Below are positions 9,489-19,260 of a DNA stretch of 34,276 nucleotides, in pieces. The DNA is from Armatimonadota bacterium. Lineage in GTDB: Bacteria > Armatimonadota > UBA5829 > DTLH01. The first letter of the stretch is position 1. Every line of letters starts with the position of its first letter. Both the position numbers and the translations under genes were made by a program. The stretch spans positions 1 to 34,276 of the forward strand of contig JBDKUN010000014.1 in NCBI GenBank assembly GCA_039679675.1, given 5' to 3'. Below the pieces are notes generated by a model, which worked only from the letters and a program-made list of their open reading frames with translations, had not been told where the DNA came from and did no database searches.

Positions 9489-10508
9489 TTGGCTCGATTC
9501 GAAGAACTCATAGGCCAGGAAATGGCATCTGCAGTCCTCAAAAAATCTGTTCTTGAGGACAGGATTATGAACGCTTACCTGTTCACCGGACCACAGGGGA
9601 CAGGCAAGCTGACGGCAGCGCTCGCGTTCGCCGCAGCACTGAACTGCGAAGACCCGCAGGAAGACGGCGATTCGTGCGGCAACTGCCTTCAATGCAGGAT
9701 GCTTTCAGGCGACGGCCACCCGGATGTCGAGATAATCTATCCTGATGGCGCCGAAACAAAGATCAAGCAGATGCGCGACATGCAGCGAGCTGCTCAATAT
9801 GCCCCCGTGAGGGGAAAGTGGAAAGTCGTCATCGTGGAGCAGTCCGATACGATGAACGAAGAGTCCTCCAACTGCATTCTGAAAACGCTTGAAGAGCCGC
9901 CACATTACCTGACTATCATACTTCTTTCGCGCAACCCGGCACTTGTGCTCCCTACCATAAAGTCGCGCTGCATGCAGGTCAGGTTCTCAGGAGTTCCAGC
10001 AGAGAGCCTTGCCGCTGCGCTCGTTGAACGGTTCGATATAGACCAGAAACGCGCCGATTTCCTGGCTGCATATTCTGAAGGCAGGCCGGGACTCGCTATA
10101 TCCATTTTGAAGAATGAAAACTTCGACGAGTGGAGGGAACTGATCATCGAAATTGCAGTCGATATCTCATCATCTGACCGGCGGCATGCCCTGAGGCTGT
10201 CCGAAGAGCTCCAAGCCCTGGCTGACGGCAGCAAAGAAGAAGGTAAAACTCAAAGAATAGCGATGAAATCGGTGCTGGATGTCATTATCCTCTGGTACCG
10301 TGATCTTTTGAGCCTTTCCGTCCGCGGCAGAGATGCCCAGCTTGTAAATACGGATATGTTGCACCGGCTTTCTTCATTTTCCCCTACACCAGAGCGTGCG
10401 TCATCGGCTATAGAGACACTTCTCTGGGCGCGCCGCGCAGTCGACGGTAATGCAAATATCCAGCTCATCTCAGACGTAACTATGATGAAGCTCACAGCAG
10501 GATTTTGA
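9489..10508 (+). CDS. holB: DNA polymerase III subunit delta'
   Basis: AYLFTGPQGTGK; Zn module LNC...CGNCLQC; GHPDV; NCILKTLEEPP; LPTIKSRC; WYRDLL; TTG start coupled to darA stop. Confidence 0.93.
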   Translation: MARFEELIGQEMASAVLKKSVLEDRIMNAYLFTGPQGTGKLTAALAFAAALNCEDPQEDGDSCGNCLQCRMLSGDGHPDVEIIYPDGAETKIKQMRDMQRAAQYAPVRGKWKVVIVEQSDTMNEESSNCILKTLEEPPHYLTIILLSRNPALVLPTIKSRCMQVRFSGVPAESLAAALVERFDIDQKRADFLAAYSEGRPGLAISILKNENFDEWRELIIEIAVDISSSDRRHALRLSEELQALADGSKEEGKTQRIAMKSVLDVIILWYRDLLSLSVRGRDAQLVNTDMLHRLSSFSPTPERASSAIETLLWARRAVDGNANIQLISDVTMMKLTAGF

Positions 10509-10540
10509 ATCGCAACCAGCGCGGAAAGGCCTGACGGCCC

Positions 10541-10801
10541 GCTTCGGCAGCAAGCAGTCCGAAGCAACGGAAAGAAAATGGGATTAGTGGAGATTTGATA
10601 GGTAGGTTTCGGGACAAGGGTGTCCCGAAACAACGTCAAGCGGTGGAAACTCGTGCTTCTCCCAGTGGTCCGGTAGGTCCACTGGGTAGGACGAACTGCG
10701 GTCCCGAAGCATAAGGTATGGCATCATGTTGGACTACCACAACGTCATGCTGAACTTGATTCAGCATCCAGGAAGAGGATTGACCCTGAACTTGTTTCAG
10801 G
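10541..10801. repeat. Cluster of GC-rich palindromes, REP/BIME-like (or structured RNA)
   Basis: Hairpins GCTTCGG...CCGAAGC (10541-10565), GTTTCGGGACA-AGGG-TGTCCCGAAAC (10606-10631), CCCAGTGG...CCACTGGG (10661-10686), ATGCTGAA-CTTGA-TTCAGCAT (10747-10767), CCTGAA-CTTGT-TTCAGG (10785-10801). Confidence 0.6.
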
Positions 10802-10888
10802 ATTACATGCAATACCTGTTGGTTTAGGATGCCTTTTTTCCCAAACTGATCTTCCGTATCTCCTCAGTTCAGGACACTATGGATCAAA

Positions 10889-12103
10889 GTGAGTAAACAT
10901 ACAGCCAAAACAAAAGTGCTCTGGTGCGACGCAGAAGCTAACCTTTGGGCGCTGGACTCCCGCGAGAAGGTCGCGGAGCTTGCCAGTCAGTGCAAAGCTG
11001 TCAGCATCGATATAATTGTAGTCGATGTAAAACCGCTTACGGGCGTCGTCTTGTATAACAGCAAAATCGCGCCGAGGATAAAAGCCTGGAGCGGGCGGAA
11101 GTATCCTGAAAACTACGACCTCCTGCAGGTAATGGTGGAAGAAGGGCACAAAGCTGGGATTGAGGTCCACGCCTCCATCAATGTTTTTGCCGAAGCGTCT
11201 ACCGAGCAGCCCGAAGGCGGAGCGGCTATCGCGCATCCTGAATGGCAGTGCATCAAATATGAGCTCGATAAAGTTGGCAAAGCGCGGCTTGTCCCGGCAA
11301 GTAAGGCTGCCGATCAGCACTTTGCGATATTCGTCAACCCCGCCAACGCGGACATGCAGGCTTACGAGCTTTCGATCATCTCCGAGATCGTCACCAATTA
11401 CAATGTAGACGGAATCGTTCTTGACCGCATGCGCTATCCCGACATCAAATCAGACTTCAGCAAGCTATCAAAAGAGATGTTCGAGAAGTGGATTGGGGCT
11501 AAAGTCGAGCGTTTTCCTGAAGATATTTTCGCAATCGATCCCATCCCCGGCCAAGATGTAGTCCGTGGAAAGCATTTCGGCAGTTGGATGGAATGGCGGA
11601 CAAGAGTGATACATGACTTCGTGGCAGACATCCGCCGCACGGTAAAATCGATCAGGACTGAAGCACAGGTCGGAGTCTATGTCGGCTCGTGGTATACTTA
11701 TTACTATGATGTCGGTGTAAACTGGGCAAGCCCGAAGCATAAACCGCCTTACGACTTCGCATCTTCGACATATAAAGAGACCGGCTACGCTGATCTCGTC
11801 GACTGGATGTGCACCGGTTGCTACTACCCCCACCCTACACGCGAAGAAGCCCGTGCCTCAGGCATAGCAGAGTGGAAAAGCGTTGAAGCAGGTTGCGAAG
11901 AGTCCATAGATGTTGTGGAAAATGAAGCGCCCGTTTATGCGAGCCTGTATCTCAGAGATTACGCAGGTAAGCCGGATGTTTTTGAGCGCGCGATAGATAT
12001 GGCGCTTACCAAAACTCAGGGTGTAATGCTCTTCGACCTGGTTTATCTTCGGGATTACGGCTGGTGGGATTTACTGAAACGCAAATTTAGTGAAAAGCGG
12101 TAG
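10889..12103 (+). CDS. GHL10/YddW-like TIM-barrel glycoside hydrolase
   Basis: VVDVKP..G.VLYNS; YDLLQVMVEEGHKAGIEVHASINVF; FVNPA; EIVTNYNVDGIVLDRMRY; WMEWR; no obvious signal peptide. Confidence 0.8.
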   Translation: MSKHTAKTKVLWCDAEANLWALDSREKVAELASQCKAVSIDIIVVDVKPLTGVVLYNSKIAPRIKAWSGRKYPENYDLLQVMVEEGHKAGIEVHASINVFAEASTEQPEGGAAIAHPEWQCIKYELDKVGKARLVPASKAADQHFAIFVNPANADMQAYELSIISEIVTNYNVDGIVLDRMRYPDIKSDFSKLSKEMFEKWIGAKVERFPEDIFAIDPIPGQDVVRGKHFGSWMEWRTRVIHDFVADIRRTVKSIRTEAQVGVYVGSWYTYYYDVGVNWASPKHKPPYDFASSTYKETGYADLVDWMCTGCYYPHPTREEARASGIAEWKSVEAGCEESIDVVENEAPVYASLYLRDYAGKPDVFERAIDMALTKTQGVMLFDLVYLRDYGWWDLLKRKFSEKR

Positions 12104-12130
12104 GCCTTTTCGTGATTAAGGTTAATAATA

Positions 12131-13255
12131 ATGAAACTTCAATTACTTATCATCACAGCTATTATTCTCTGCATTCCGGCGGCCGTGAGCGCGTTCGAGA
12201 CGCAGGAGATATCCCGCATACGTGTCGAAAACTCCGCCGGAGGCAGCGTTACGGTCTCTCTCGATAAGGGAGCAACCTATACATGCGTCGGGCGAGTCTC
12301 TCGCCCTGCCACCACGGCAATTAAAGGTTTTGCCGCATCAGCTTACTTACCTGACGATGTTGTGGCAGCGACCGCGATCCATGGTATCCGGCTGAAGACA
12401 GGCACGGATAAATACGGACAGCCGATGATGATCAGCCTTGTCCCTGAGGAGTTTTCAAACACGCCGAAAGGTTACGGCGGCCACATCCCGCGAAAATCCG
12501 GGGTCTATACAAATATTCCGGCAGGATGCGGCATCTTCCGTAACCTCGCCCCATTCGTCGGCAATCCGCTCATGCTGGAACGCAATGGTAAACTTGTGTC
12601 TCTGCCGAAGAGATGGCAGCCAAAAGGCGGGGAAGTAATAGTAATAATCGTCCGCATACCAAAACCATACCTGCACGAGCTGGAAATCGAGAACAAAGTG
12701 GCTGGACAGGTGGTTGCGCGGTATGATGACGGGCATGAGGTGTGCATCGCAACCGTCACCCAACCCGTAAAGGGGATAGGCCGGTTCGACGGTACGAGCT
12801 ACACTGGAGTCGGACTCATCAACACCAACCACGCCGGAGTTGTGACGATTTCATCCGCTCCAATCTCCACACTGCCGCTATTTGAAGGTGAAGGTCCTGA
12901 GCGGCGCGGCGGGTTCGAAATTCAACCGTCAAATCACGCAAAGACCCAGCCTCCGATGACCCAGGCACTGATAATCGCGCCTGCTCCCGGTATAAAGCCT
13001 CTCGAAGGCTCTGCGCCGATCTTTTTCGGCTATATCGGGCTGGCTTATGACCCGCAGGATACTAACAATTCCCTCCGCGTCGAAATCTCCATATCCGATG
13101 GAGTCTGGCAGCCGATGCCTGAGATGATGGGAAGAGATGACCAGGCGGTTGCCCGCCAAAATATAACTAAATTCAGGCTGATTTTCCCAAAATACGACCA
13201 GGAATTCCTTAAACGTGCTCTGATGAATGCTGATATAAATCGAAACTCACAGTAG
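12131..13255 (+). CDS. Secreted hypothetical protein with internal two-fold repeat
   Basis: 374-aa ORF; signal peptide MKLQLLIITAIILCIPAAVSA; RIRVENSAGGSVTV...VGRVSRP repeated as ELEIENKVAGQVVA...IATVTQP. Confidence 0.8.
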   Translation: MKLQLLIITAIILCIPAAVSAFETQEISRIRVENSAGGSVTVSLDKGATYTCVGRVSRPATTAIKGFAASAYLPDDVVAATAIHGIRLKTGTDKYGQPMMISLVPEEFSNTPKGYGGHIPRKSGVYTNIPAGCGIFRNLAPFVGNPLMLERNGKLVSLPKRWQPKGGEVIVIIVRIPKPYLHELEIENKVAGQVVARYDDGHEVCIATVTQPVKGIGRFDGTSYTGVGLINTNHAGVVTISSAPISTLPLFEGEGPERRGGFEIQPSNHAKTQPPMTQALIIAPAPGIKPLEGSAPIFFGYIGLAYDPQDTNNSLRVEISISDGVWQPMPEMMGRDDQAVARQNITKFRLIFPKYDQEFLKRALMNADINRNSQ

Positions 13256-13332
13256 AAAAGGTTTCGTTATCAAGCTCTTCCAGTACTACTTGAGCAGTAA
13301 AGTCTGAACGAGTAACTCGGACCTTATCAAGT

Positions 13333-13427
13333 CATAGAATGCCGACATGATAATCAGTGCGGATGATGTCGTAGATGCAATGATCGCAGCAAACGCGCTT
13401 GGCCGTTCCTTCGGCTGCGAGCAGTAG
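13333..13427 (+). pseudogene. Possible 3' remnant of a glycerol-dehydrogenase-like gene
   Basis: HRMP then, in a shifted frame, MIISADDVVDAMIAANALGRSFGCEQ*; resembles the GldA C-terminal pattern HNMP...T.D.V..A...AD.LG; recognised by eye only. Confidence 0.25.
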
Positions 13428-13508
13428 ATTCTTCTCCCCATTGACAACCCCCGTTCCCTTGATGCTAAACTGCAACTGTTCGATTATGTAACCAGAGGGC
13501 TTGTCTTG

Positions 13509-15644
13509 ATGAAACGTCTTTGCCTATTTCTTCTCTTTACCGTGTTTGTATCATATCTGGCGATTAATTCGTGCTCTGCAGAGCTTCGCGCAGAAGTTAA
13601 AAAAACGCAGTCCGGTCCGGTGCTTTTCATAAACGGTAAACCGACCGCTCCGGCTATCTTTTTTGTAAATTATGATACACCCGAGGATCTCAGGCCGCTT
13701 CAGTTCTCGGAAGTAGAGACTGCAGGCAGACATGGCGTATACCTCGTCTCTTTCGGGCTTCCCGGCGCATGGACTAAAGCCGGAGAAAAACCGGACTTCA
13801 CTGAAACGGACTACCGGATAGAGCAGACCCTCAAGGTCAACCCGAAAGCACTGATTATATTCAGAATCGGCATCACCTGGCCGCCGGAATGGTGGTACAA
13901 CGAGAACCCTGATGAAAGAATTCTTTATGATAACGGCGAGCGCGGCATCCCAAGCGTGTTTTCTGAGAAATGGAAAGCCGCAGCGACAGAACAGATCAAG
14001 GCAATTGTCGAACACATCGAGAGCAAATACGGCGACAACGCCATCGGCTATCACATAAGCGCGTTCAATACCGGCGAATGGTTTTGTGACAGGGTATGGA
14101 ACAGTAGGCTCGGCGGCTACGAAGCCCCTGCAAAAGAAGCTTTCAGAGCATATCTGAAAAAGAAATATATCTCAGACTTTGCGCTTCAAAAGGCCTGGAA
14201 CGATAGTAAAGTTACACTCGGTACTGCAGTTGTTCCGACCCCGGAAGAAAGATCGGCCACAACAGCTGGATCATTCCACGACCCGGCAAAGGAAATGCAC
14301 CTGCTCGATTATCTGGAGTTCGAAAACAAGACCCAGGCCGAGACAGCAGCCTATATGTGTAAAATCGCAAAGGAAACTGCTCCAAATAAACTTGCGATGG
14401 TGTTCTTCGGTTATCATTTCGAGCTTGCACCAGTTCCTAAAGGTCTTCAGACAAGCGGACACTTGGCGCTCAGAACACTTCTCGACTCACCTTATGTCGA
14501 TGTCATCTGCTCACCGGTCAGTTATCTCGACAGGGATATGGGCGGCGGCGGATACTTTATGTCCGCAGTCGACTCGGCGCAACTTGCAGGCAAATTGTGG
14601 CTTAATGAGGATGATACCAGGACGCATCTTGCAGGCGATATAGCGAACGATCTTCCACGGCTGAAGAATATCGAAGAAACTAACGCTGTTCTCACCAGAA
14701 ACTTCGCTCATCTGCTCACTCGCGGCTCGGCGCTCTGGTGGATGGACCTTTACGGAAATGGCAGGTTCCGGGGGGATGAAATCTGGCAGCTTCTCGGCAG
14801 GCTGAACGATGTCTATCAGTCGGCTATGCCGGATCTCAAGCCGTATCAGCCGGAAATTGCCGTAATAGTCGACCAGCGGAGCGCGTTTTATGGCGATCCG
14901 AGCCCGGATATTTTGGGCACGGCACTCGCAGGTTTCAGAGTGGAGTTATATCGCACAGGAGCGCCGCTCGGTTTTTATCTCCTTGATGATTTCACAGCCG
15001 GCAAAGTCCCGCCGGCAAAGATGAACATCTTCCTCGGCACGTTCAGGCTCGACGCAGATCAGATCAGGGCAATCAAAGAGCAATCTGCAAAGAGAAAATG
15101 CACAAATATATGGATGTATGCACCTGGCATAGTTCAAGGCAATTCACTGTCTTGCGATTTCATCAAAGACGTAACCGGAATATCAATGAAACCTGTTACA
15201 GGACGAAGCAAATACATAACGTTGCTCAAGACAGGCGAGAAATACCCGGCAAACGGCAAACCATATGTGTCCAACTTTGCAATTAACGATATTACGGCCA
15301 CGCCGATTGCGAAATATGCATACACAAACGAGGTAGCGGTTGCTTCCAAAACGGTCGATGGAGTCACGAATGTCTATTGCACAGGGTTGAGGCTACCGTC
15401 AGAAACACTCAGAGACCTTGCACACTCAGCCGGAGTACACATCTACAGCGAATCGAATGACATAGTTATGGCTGGAAACGGCTTCGTAGCACTTTCCACA
15501 TCGAGCGCGGGAAAAAAGACACTTAACATGCCGCAGATGTACACACTTGAGGATATAGTATCCGGGGAGAAATACGGTCCTGCAAAGACCTTTGAATTTG
15601 ATATGGCACTCGGTGAGTGCCATATCTGGAAGATAATTAATTAG
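13509..15644 (+). CDS. Secreted GH42-like (clan GH-A) glycoside hydrolase / beta-galactosidase-like
   Basis: Signal peptide; LFINGKP; IGYHISAFNTGEW; AFRAYLKKKY..LQKAWN; SPVSY..R; KLWLNEDDTRT; WWMDL; EIAVIVD (trimerisation-like domain). Confidence 0.75.
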   Translation: MKRLCLFLLFTVFVSYLAINSCSAELRAEVKKTQSGPVLFINGKPTAPAIFFVNYDTPEDLRPLQFSEVETAGRHGVYLVSFGLPGAWTKAGEKPDFTETDYRIEQTLKVNPKALIIFRIGITWPPEWWYNENPDERILYDNGERGIPSVFSEKWKAAATEQIKAIVEHIESKYGDNAIGYHISAFNTGEWFCDRVWNSRLGGYEAPAKEAFRAYLKKKYISDFALQKAWNDSKVTLGTAVVPTPEERSATTAGSFHDPAKEMHLLDYLEFENKTQAETAAYMCKIAKETAPNKLAMVFFGYHFELAPVPKGLQTSGHLALRTLLDSPYVDVICSPVSYLDRDMGGGGYFMSAVDSAQLAGKLWLNEDDTRTHLAGDIANDLPRLKNIEETNAVLTRNFAHLLTRGSALWWMDLYGNGRFRGDEIWQLLGRLNDVYQSAMPDLKPYQPEIAVIVDQRSAFYGDPSPDILGTALAGFRVELYRTGAPLGFYLLDDFTAGKVPPAKMNIFLGTFRLDADQIRAIKEQSAKRKCTNIWMYAPGIVQGNSLSCDFIKDVTGISMKPVTGRSKYITLLKTGEKYPANGKPYVSNFAINDITATPIAKYAYTNEVAVASKTVDGVTNVYCTGLRLPSETLRDLAHSAGVHIYSESNDIVMAGNGFVALSTSSAGKKTLNMPQMYTLEDIVSGEKYGPAKTFEFDMALGECHIWKIIN

Positions 15645-15663
15645 AGGAATGAGGGCTAAGCCC

Positions 15664-18222
15664 TCATTCCTCCATAACAGTCACATCATCCGCGAGCCGT
15701 GTTCTAAGTACACGGCTATAGCCTTTATCGGTCTTTTCAAGGTCTGAAACTCCCGTGACTTTGACAAAACATCCATCAGTAGCCTGGCCGGTAGGCCCGA
15801 TCACCTTGACTGGAGTCCCTGACCCGTCATCTACTGTCATCGATGAACCGGAAACTAGATTACTCACACGTCCCCAGGTTGTCTGGAGCACGCCCACGAG
15901 ATTGATACCGGTCCCACCATCCGGGCCGATTGCATTTCCGACCGTTCCTCCCCCAACCTCCCGGTTTATAACGCCGTACGGCCCGGAGATAGCGGCAGAA
16001 GCGGTCGCGCCGTCTTCTACAACAGCCACTTTTCCCGCGTTGATGACTAATTCGCCGTTTGTGTCCCTGCTTAATACGCCTTCTACATTCACTACCGAGC
16101 CGAGAGAAGGCACAGTCGTGCTGATGACCTTTATACCGCAGGCTGTGTGGCCATCTTCCGGGCACTGAATGTTGAAAAATCCCTGGAACGCACCCGTTAC
16201 CACCTTGTTGAATAAAGACACACTGCTGCCAAGCTCAAGTTTCTTTATGGAACCTATGCAGTTGTCGTTAGTCACGGTAACGCTGCCGTCCGTGCGCGGA
16301 TGATCAGGATAGTAAACTCCCATCGTCTCGGAATATGCGGTTGCAGAAGACCCTTCTTCGAGTTGAAGCCCGCTGTAGAGCATGTAAGCGTCCGTGCCGC
16401 TCGCCCAGTTGACCAATTGGACCTTGCACCGCACCGTTCCGGACGGCGCTGTTTTTGTAAGCTTCACCTGCTCCCAATTGCCGGACCCGCTGTATACAGC
16501 CTGCCCTGTGGCGAGCGAATTACCTGAAGCATCCTGAAAATCCAGCCTGACATCGGATTTAATCCCCGATGCAGAACCCTTATACCAGCCACTGAATGTA
16601 TACGCTTTCCCGGCAGTGAGCCCGGTCGCATACTGCTGAACCCACTTCCAGTTGGCCGGAGTCATAAACCTGAGCGCGGGCAGCCCGGTCTTCGGGTTTA
16701 CATCACCTTTCATCTGCATGAGAGGCACATTGACACCGTTCACGTAGATCGATCCCGGATCGGCATACCAGTAGGTCGTATTTGTAATCCCTTCGACTGT
16801 GCCGTAGCGGAATGTACCGTTCGTCAGCTTGTTTTTATCTGACTTTGCCGCAATACTTATATAGTTGAGGCTGCCGACCTTCACAGGAGCAGTATAAGCT
16901 GTTCCGTTTTTACCGAACGTGATAATCAGCCTTGGCCGATACTTATCGTAGTAGTCGGCTCTTCCGAAGGAAACGTTCCATATCTTGCCGTTATGAATAT
17001 CCCCCGATGACCCAGCGAGAGCAAAGCTGACTTTAGACTGGCCCAGTTGAAATGCTTTCGATACGGCGCTGGTGACGTCGAAATCGATCCAATTCCCCTT
17101 CTCAGCCGTAGTAACCAGCCTGCAGAAGCTATTTTCCACAGGCAGCGGCGAAGTAAGCATAGTGACAGTCGCTGGGTCGTACATGCCTGCAAGTCGTACG
17201 ACATGGAGGTATAAGTCCGTCGGATCCGACTCAAAATGCCCTCTGAAGTTATTTTGCAGCGTAGCTGAGATGATCGATCTGTCTTTCGGGATCATCGACA
17301 GATCGAACTGGAGGTATTCCTTTATTGTGTAGTCTATCGGGTCGCAATCATTCCAGTTGGACTGGGTTATGGCTTCATCAGTCCACTCATTTGTCAGATC
17401 GGCGGCGTTTCCAGCGCGAAGGGTGACCTCACCGCCAAAACCTGTCGCGGGACGAAGAGTAAACACGGCCTCAGGTGATATGTCGGGCGGTGTGAATGCC
17501 GCTTCATCGAAAGCCAGATACCCCCACTGGTCGGGCTGCGTCTCTGTTCCGGGAGCCCATGACTGCTTCTTTACCGTCGATGAGGTCAGTGAAGAAGATG
17601 TCTGATTGTAGTTGATAAAGTTCACGCGCCACTTCGCGCCTGATACCGGCGCAGATGCGCCGAGAATCGACCATGGGATTCGGATCGTCTGCTGTACGGT
17701 CTTATCGCCCGCGTACCACCCACTGTTTGTCCATCCTGTGAGCTTATTCGTCTTTGGGTCAAAGCTAGGAAACTCCCCGGAGGCTTGTCTTGGTGCGGGC
17801 GGATAGTTGTTATCGACTGTCGCAAGGAAATAGAACATTCGTCCTGCGGGTGTTTCTATCCATATGGCATTACTGTCGACGGCATTCAATGCAGTAGTAG
17901 TGCCTTTGGGATAGATGACCGTGGAGCGGTCTATGTTCATGAAGGCGATGTATAGAGCTGTGCTGTCGTATGTCGCCAGGACTTCGGTGTGGTTTCTATC
18001 ACCTGTCTTGCCGCCGAGTCCGAACCAGGTAGGGCTCGCCGGATACCAGGCCGATGCAGTTGCGGGGTCCTGCAATTTGGAAACGACCGGCGGAGAAGTA
18101 GAAGCCTTTCTAAGATGAAGCGTGGGAAGTTCCGCCATCGATGCTTTGACCGGACCAAGCGCCAGCGCCATAACAATCAGCAATTGAATGATAATACCTT
18201 TGCGAAAAACCAGAGTATTCAT
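15664..18222 (-). CDS. Secreted multi-domain protein: CBM9-like + DNRLRE-like + CBM4/9-like domains + shared C-terminal module
   Basis: Signal peptide; TEVLATYDSTALYIAF...WRVNF (CBM9-like); YLQFDLS.IP....I.SATL...WIDFDVT.AV...RPRL.ITF (DNRLRE-like); NKLTNGTF...GLTAGKAYTFSGWYK...LQLEEG (CBM4/9-like); GINLVGVLQTTWGRV...VDDGSG tail. Confidence 0.75.
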   Translation of the reverse strand: MNTLVFRKGIIIQLLIVMALALGPVKASMAELPTLHLRKASTSPPVVSKLQDPATASAWYPASPTWFGLGGKTGDRNHTEVLATYDSTALYIAFMNIDRSTVIYPKGTTTALNAVDSNAIWIETPAGRMFYFLATVDNNYPPAPRQASGEFPSFDPKTNKLTGWTNSGWYAGDKTVQQTIRIPWSILGASAPVSGAKWRVNFINYNQTSSSLTSSTVKKQSWAPGTETQPDQWGYLAFDEAAFTPPDISPEAVFTLRPATGFGGEVTLRAGNAADLTNEWTDEAITQSNWNDCDPIDYTIKEYLQFDLSMIPKDRSIISATLQNNFRGHFESDPTDLYLHVVRLAGMYDPATVTMLTSPLPVENSFCRLVTTAEKGNWIDFDVTSAVSKAFQLGQSKVSFALAGSSGDIHNGKIWNVSFGRADYYDKYRPRLIITFGKNGTAYTAPVKVGSLNYISIAAKSDKNKLTNGTFRYGTVEGITNTTYWYADPGSIYVNGVNVPLMQMKGDVNPKTGLPALRFMTPANWKWVQQYATGLTAGKAYTFSGWYKGSASGIKSDVRLDFQDASGNSLATGQAVYSGSGNWEQVKLTKTAPSGTVRCKVQLVNWASGTDAYMLYSGLQLEEGSSATAYSETMGVYYPDHPRTDGSVTVTNDNCIGSIKKLELGSSVSLFNKVVTGAFQGFFNIQCPEDGHTACGIKVISTTVPSLGSVVNVEGVLSRDTNGELVINAGKVAVVEDGATASAAISGPYGVINREVGGGTVGNAIGPDGGTGINLVGVLQTTWGRVSNLVSGSSMTVDDGSGTPVKVIGPTGQATDGCFVKVTGVSDLEKTDKGYSRVLRTRLADDVTVMEE

Positions 18223-18415
18223 CTTAATATCTTAGATGAGTCAACTGTCATAATCGTTCCGTAGCCCGGATAAGGAGTATCCCAAAATAAGATTGATTGT
18301 CAACCGAATATAACTATGCCATTATTTATTAATGTACAGTCCAAATCCCTACCATAATTACGCTAAACAGTATATAATAAAGTGATATTATTTTTAAGGC
18401 ATATTGGAAGAATAT

Positions 18416-19000
18416 ATGGGAACTGATGCGAGATCATATAGACGGCATTCTGACCAGACACGAGATCGATTGCTTACTGCCGGACTGGATTTGCTGATAA
18501 ATAACGGTTACCATGGGGCAACTACTCGTGAGATCGCAATGGGAGCGGGTGTCACAGAAGTTACGATGTACCGGCATTTCAGTTCCAAAGAGGAGCTCTT
18601 TGTCGCAGCAATCACAAAACTCACGCAGCGATTACTTGATCTGGTTCCTAAGCCCAGTGGCGACATCGAGGCTGATCTGCTGCTGGTCGCGACTGCTTTG
18701 CAAAAACACTTCTTCTCTGCCCCATCCAGTTTGGTCCACTCAACCCCTGAACTTAAGGGCCACCCAAAGCTAAGAAATGCATTTGACAATATGGTGCATC
18801 AGTTCAAAGTCAAGGTTCTTGCGTTGATCCATTATTACCAGGGAACAGGCGAGATGATTCAGGAAAACGATGACACGATATTCAGTGCATTTGTCGGCCC
18901 GGTCTACTTCTCCTCATTAGGTTTTGATTGTGCTGATGGGCTCGATTGCCGTCGTTATGTAAGATTATTCCTGCAGGGATATCAGCCAGAAGACAAATGA
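18416..19000 (+). CDS. TetR/AcrR family transcriptional regulator
   Basis: TRDRLLTAGLDLLINNGYHGATTREIAMGAGVTEVTMYRHFSSKEELF helix-turn-helix; start may be TTG 18404 or ATG 18416. Confidence 0.92.
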   Translation: MGTDARSYRRHSDQTRDRLLTAGLDLLINNGYHGATTREIAMGAGVTEVTMYRHFSSKEELFVAAITKLTQRLLDLVPKPSGDIEADLLLVATALQKHFFSAPSSLVHSTPELKGHPKLRNAFDNMVHQFKVKVLALIHYYQGTGEMIQENDDTIFSAFVGPVYFSSLGFDCADGLDCRRYVRLFLQGYQPEDK

Positions 19001-19176
19001 CACTTGTACGCTAATATCGACCCTACTAATGCTCACCTGTAAATATTTAATGCACGGTCGAGCGTGTAACTTATGCACCTGCCATATCTCAAAATCAAAA
19101 TACACCTGATTGCACAAATCGTCTCATACTCTTGAATTTAACCACAGTATAATTCCATAATTTACGATTATGTCAG

Positions 19177-19205
19177 TTGACATTCGTACCAAGCTTGCAT
19201 ATACT
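19177..19205 (+). promoter_or_regulatory. sigma70-type promoter for second giant gene
   Basis: TTGACA (19177-19182), 17 bp, TATACT (19200-19205). Confidence 0.75.
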
Positions 19206-19260
19206 TCAGTTGTACCACCAATTCTATGTTAATACATCTTTAAAGGAGTATGTAGCAGAC

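Noticed and set aside
10510..10740. RNase P RNA, SRP RNA, tmRNA or c-di-AMP riboswitch
   Set aside because: Only superficial fragments (GGAAAGG, GTCCGGTAGG); I could not find the required conserved motifs on either strand, though an Rfam scan was not run
13441..13471. Promoter TTGACA...TAAACT for the GH42-like gene
   Set aside because: The 19-bp spacer is atypical; plausible as an extended -10 promoter but not supportable
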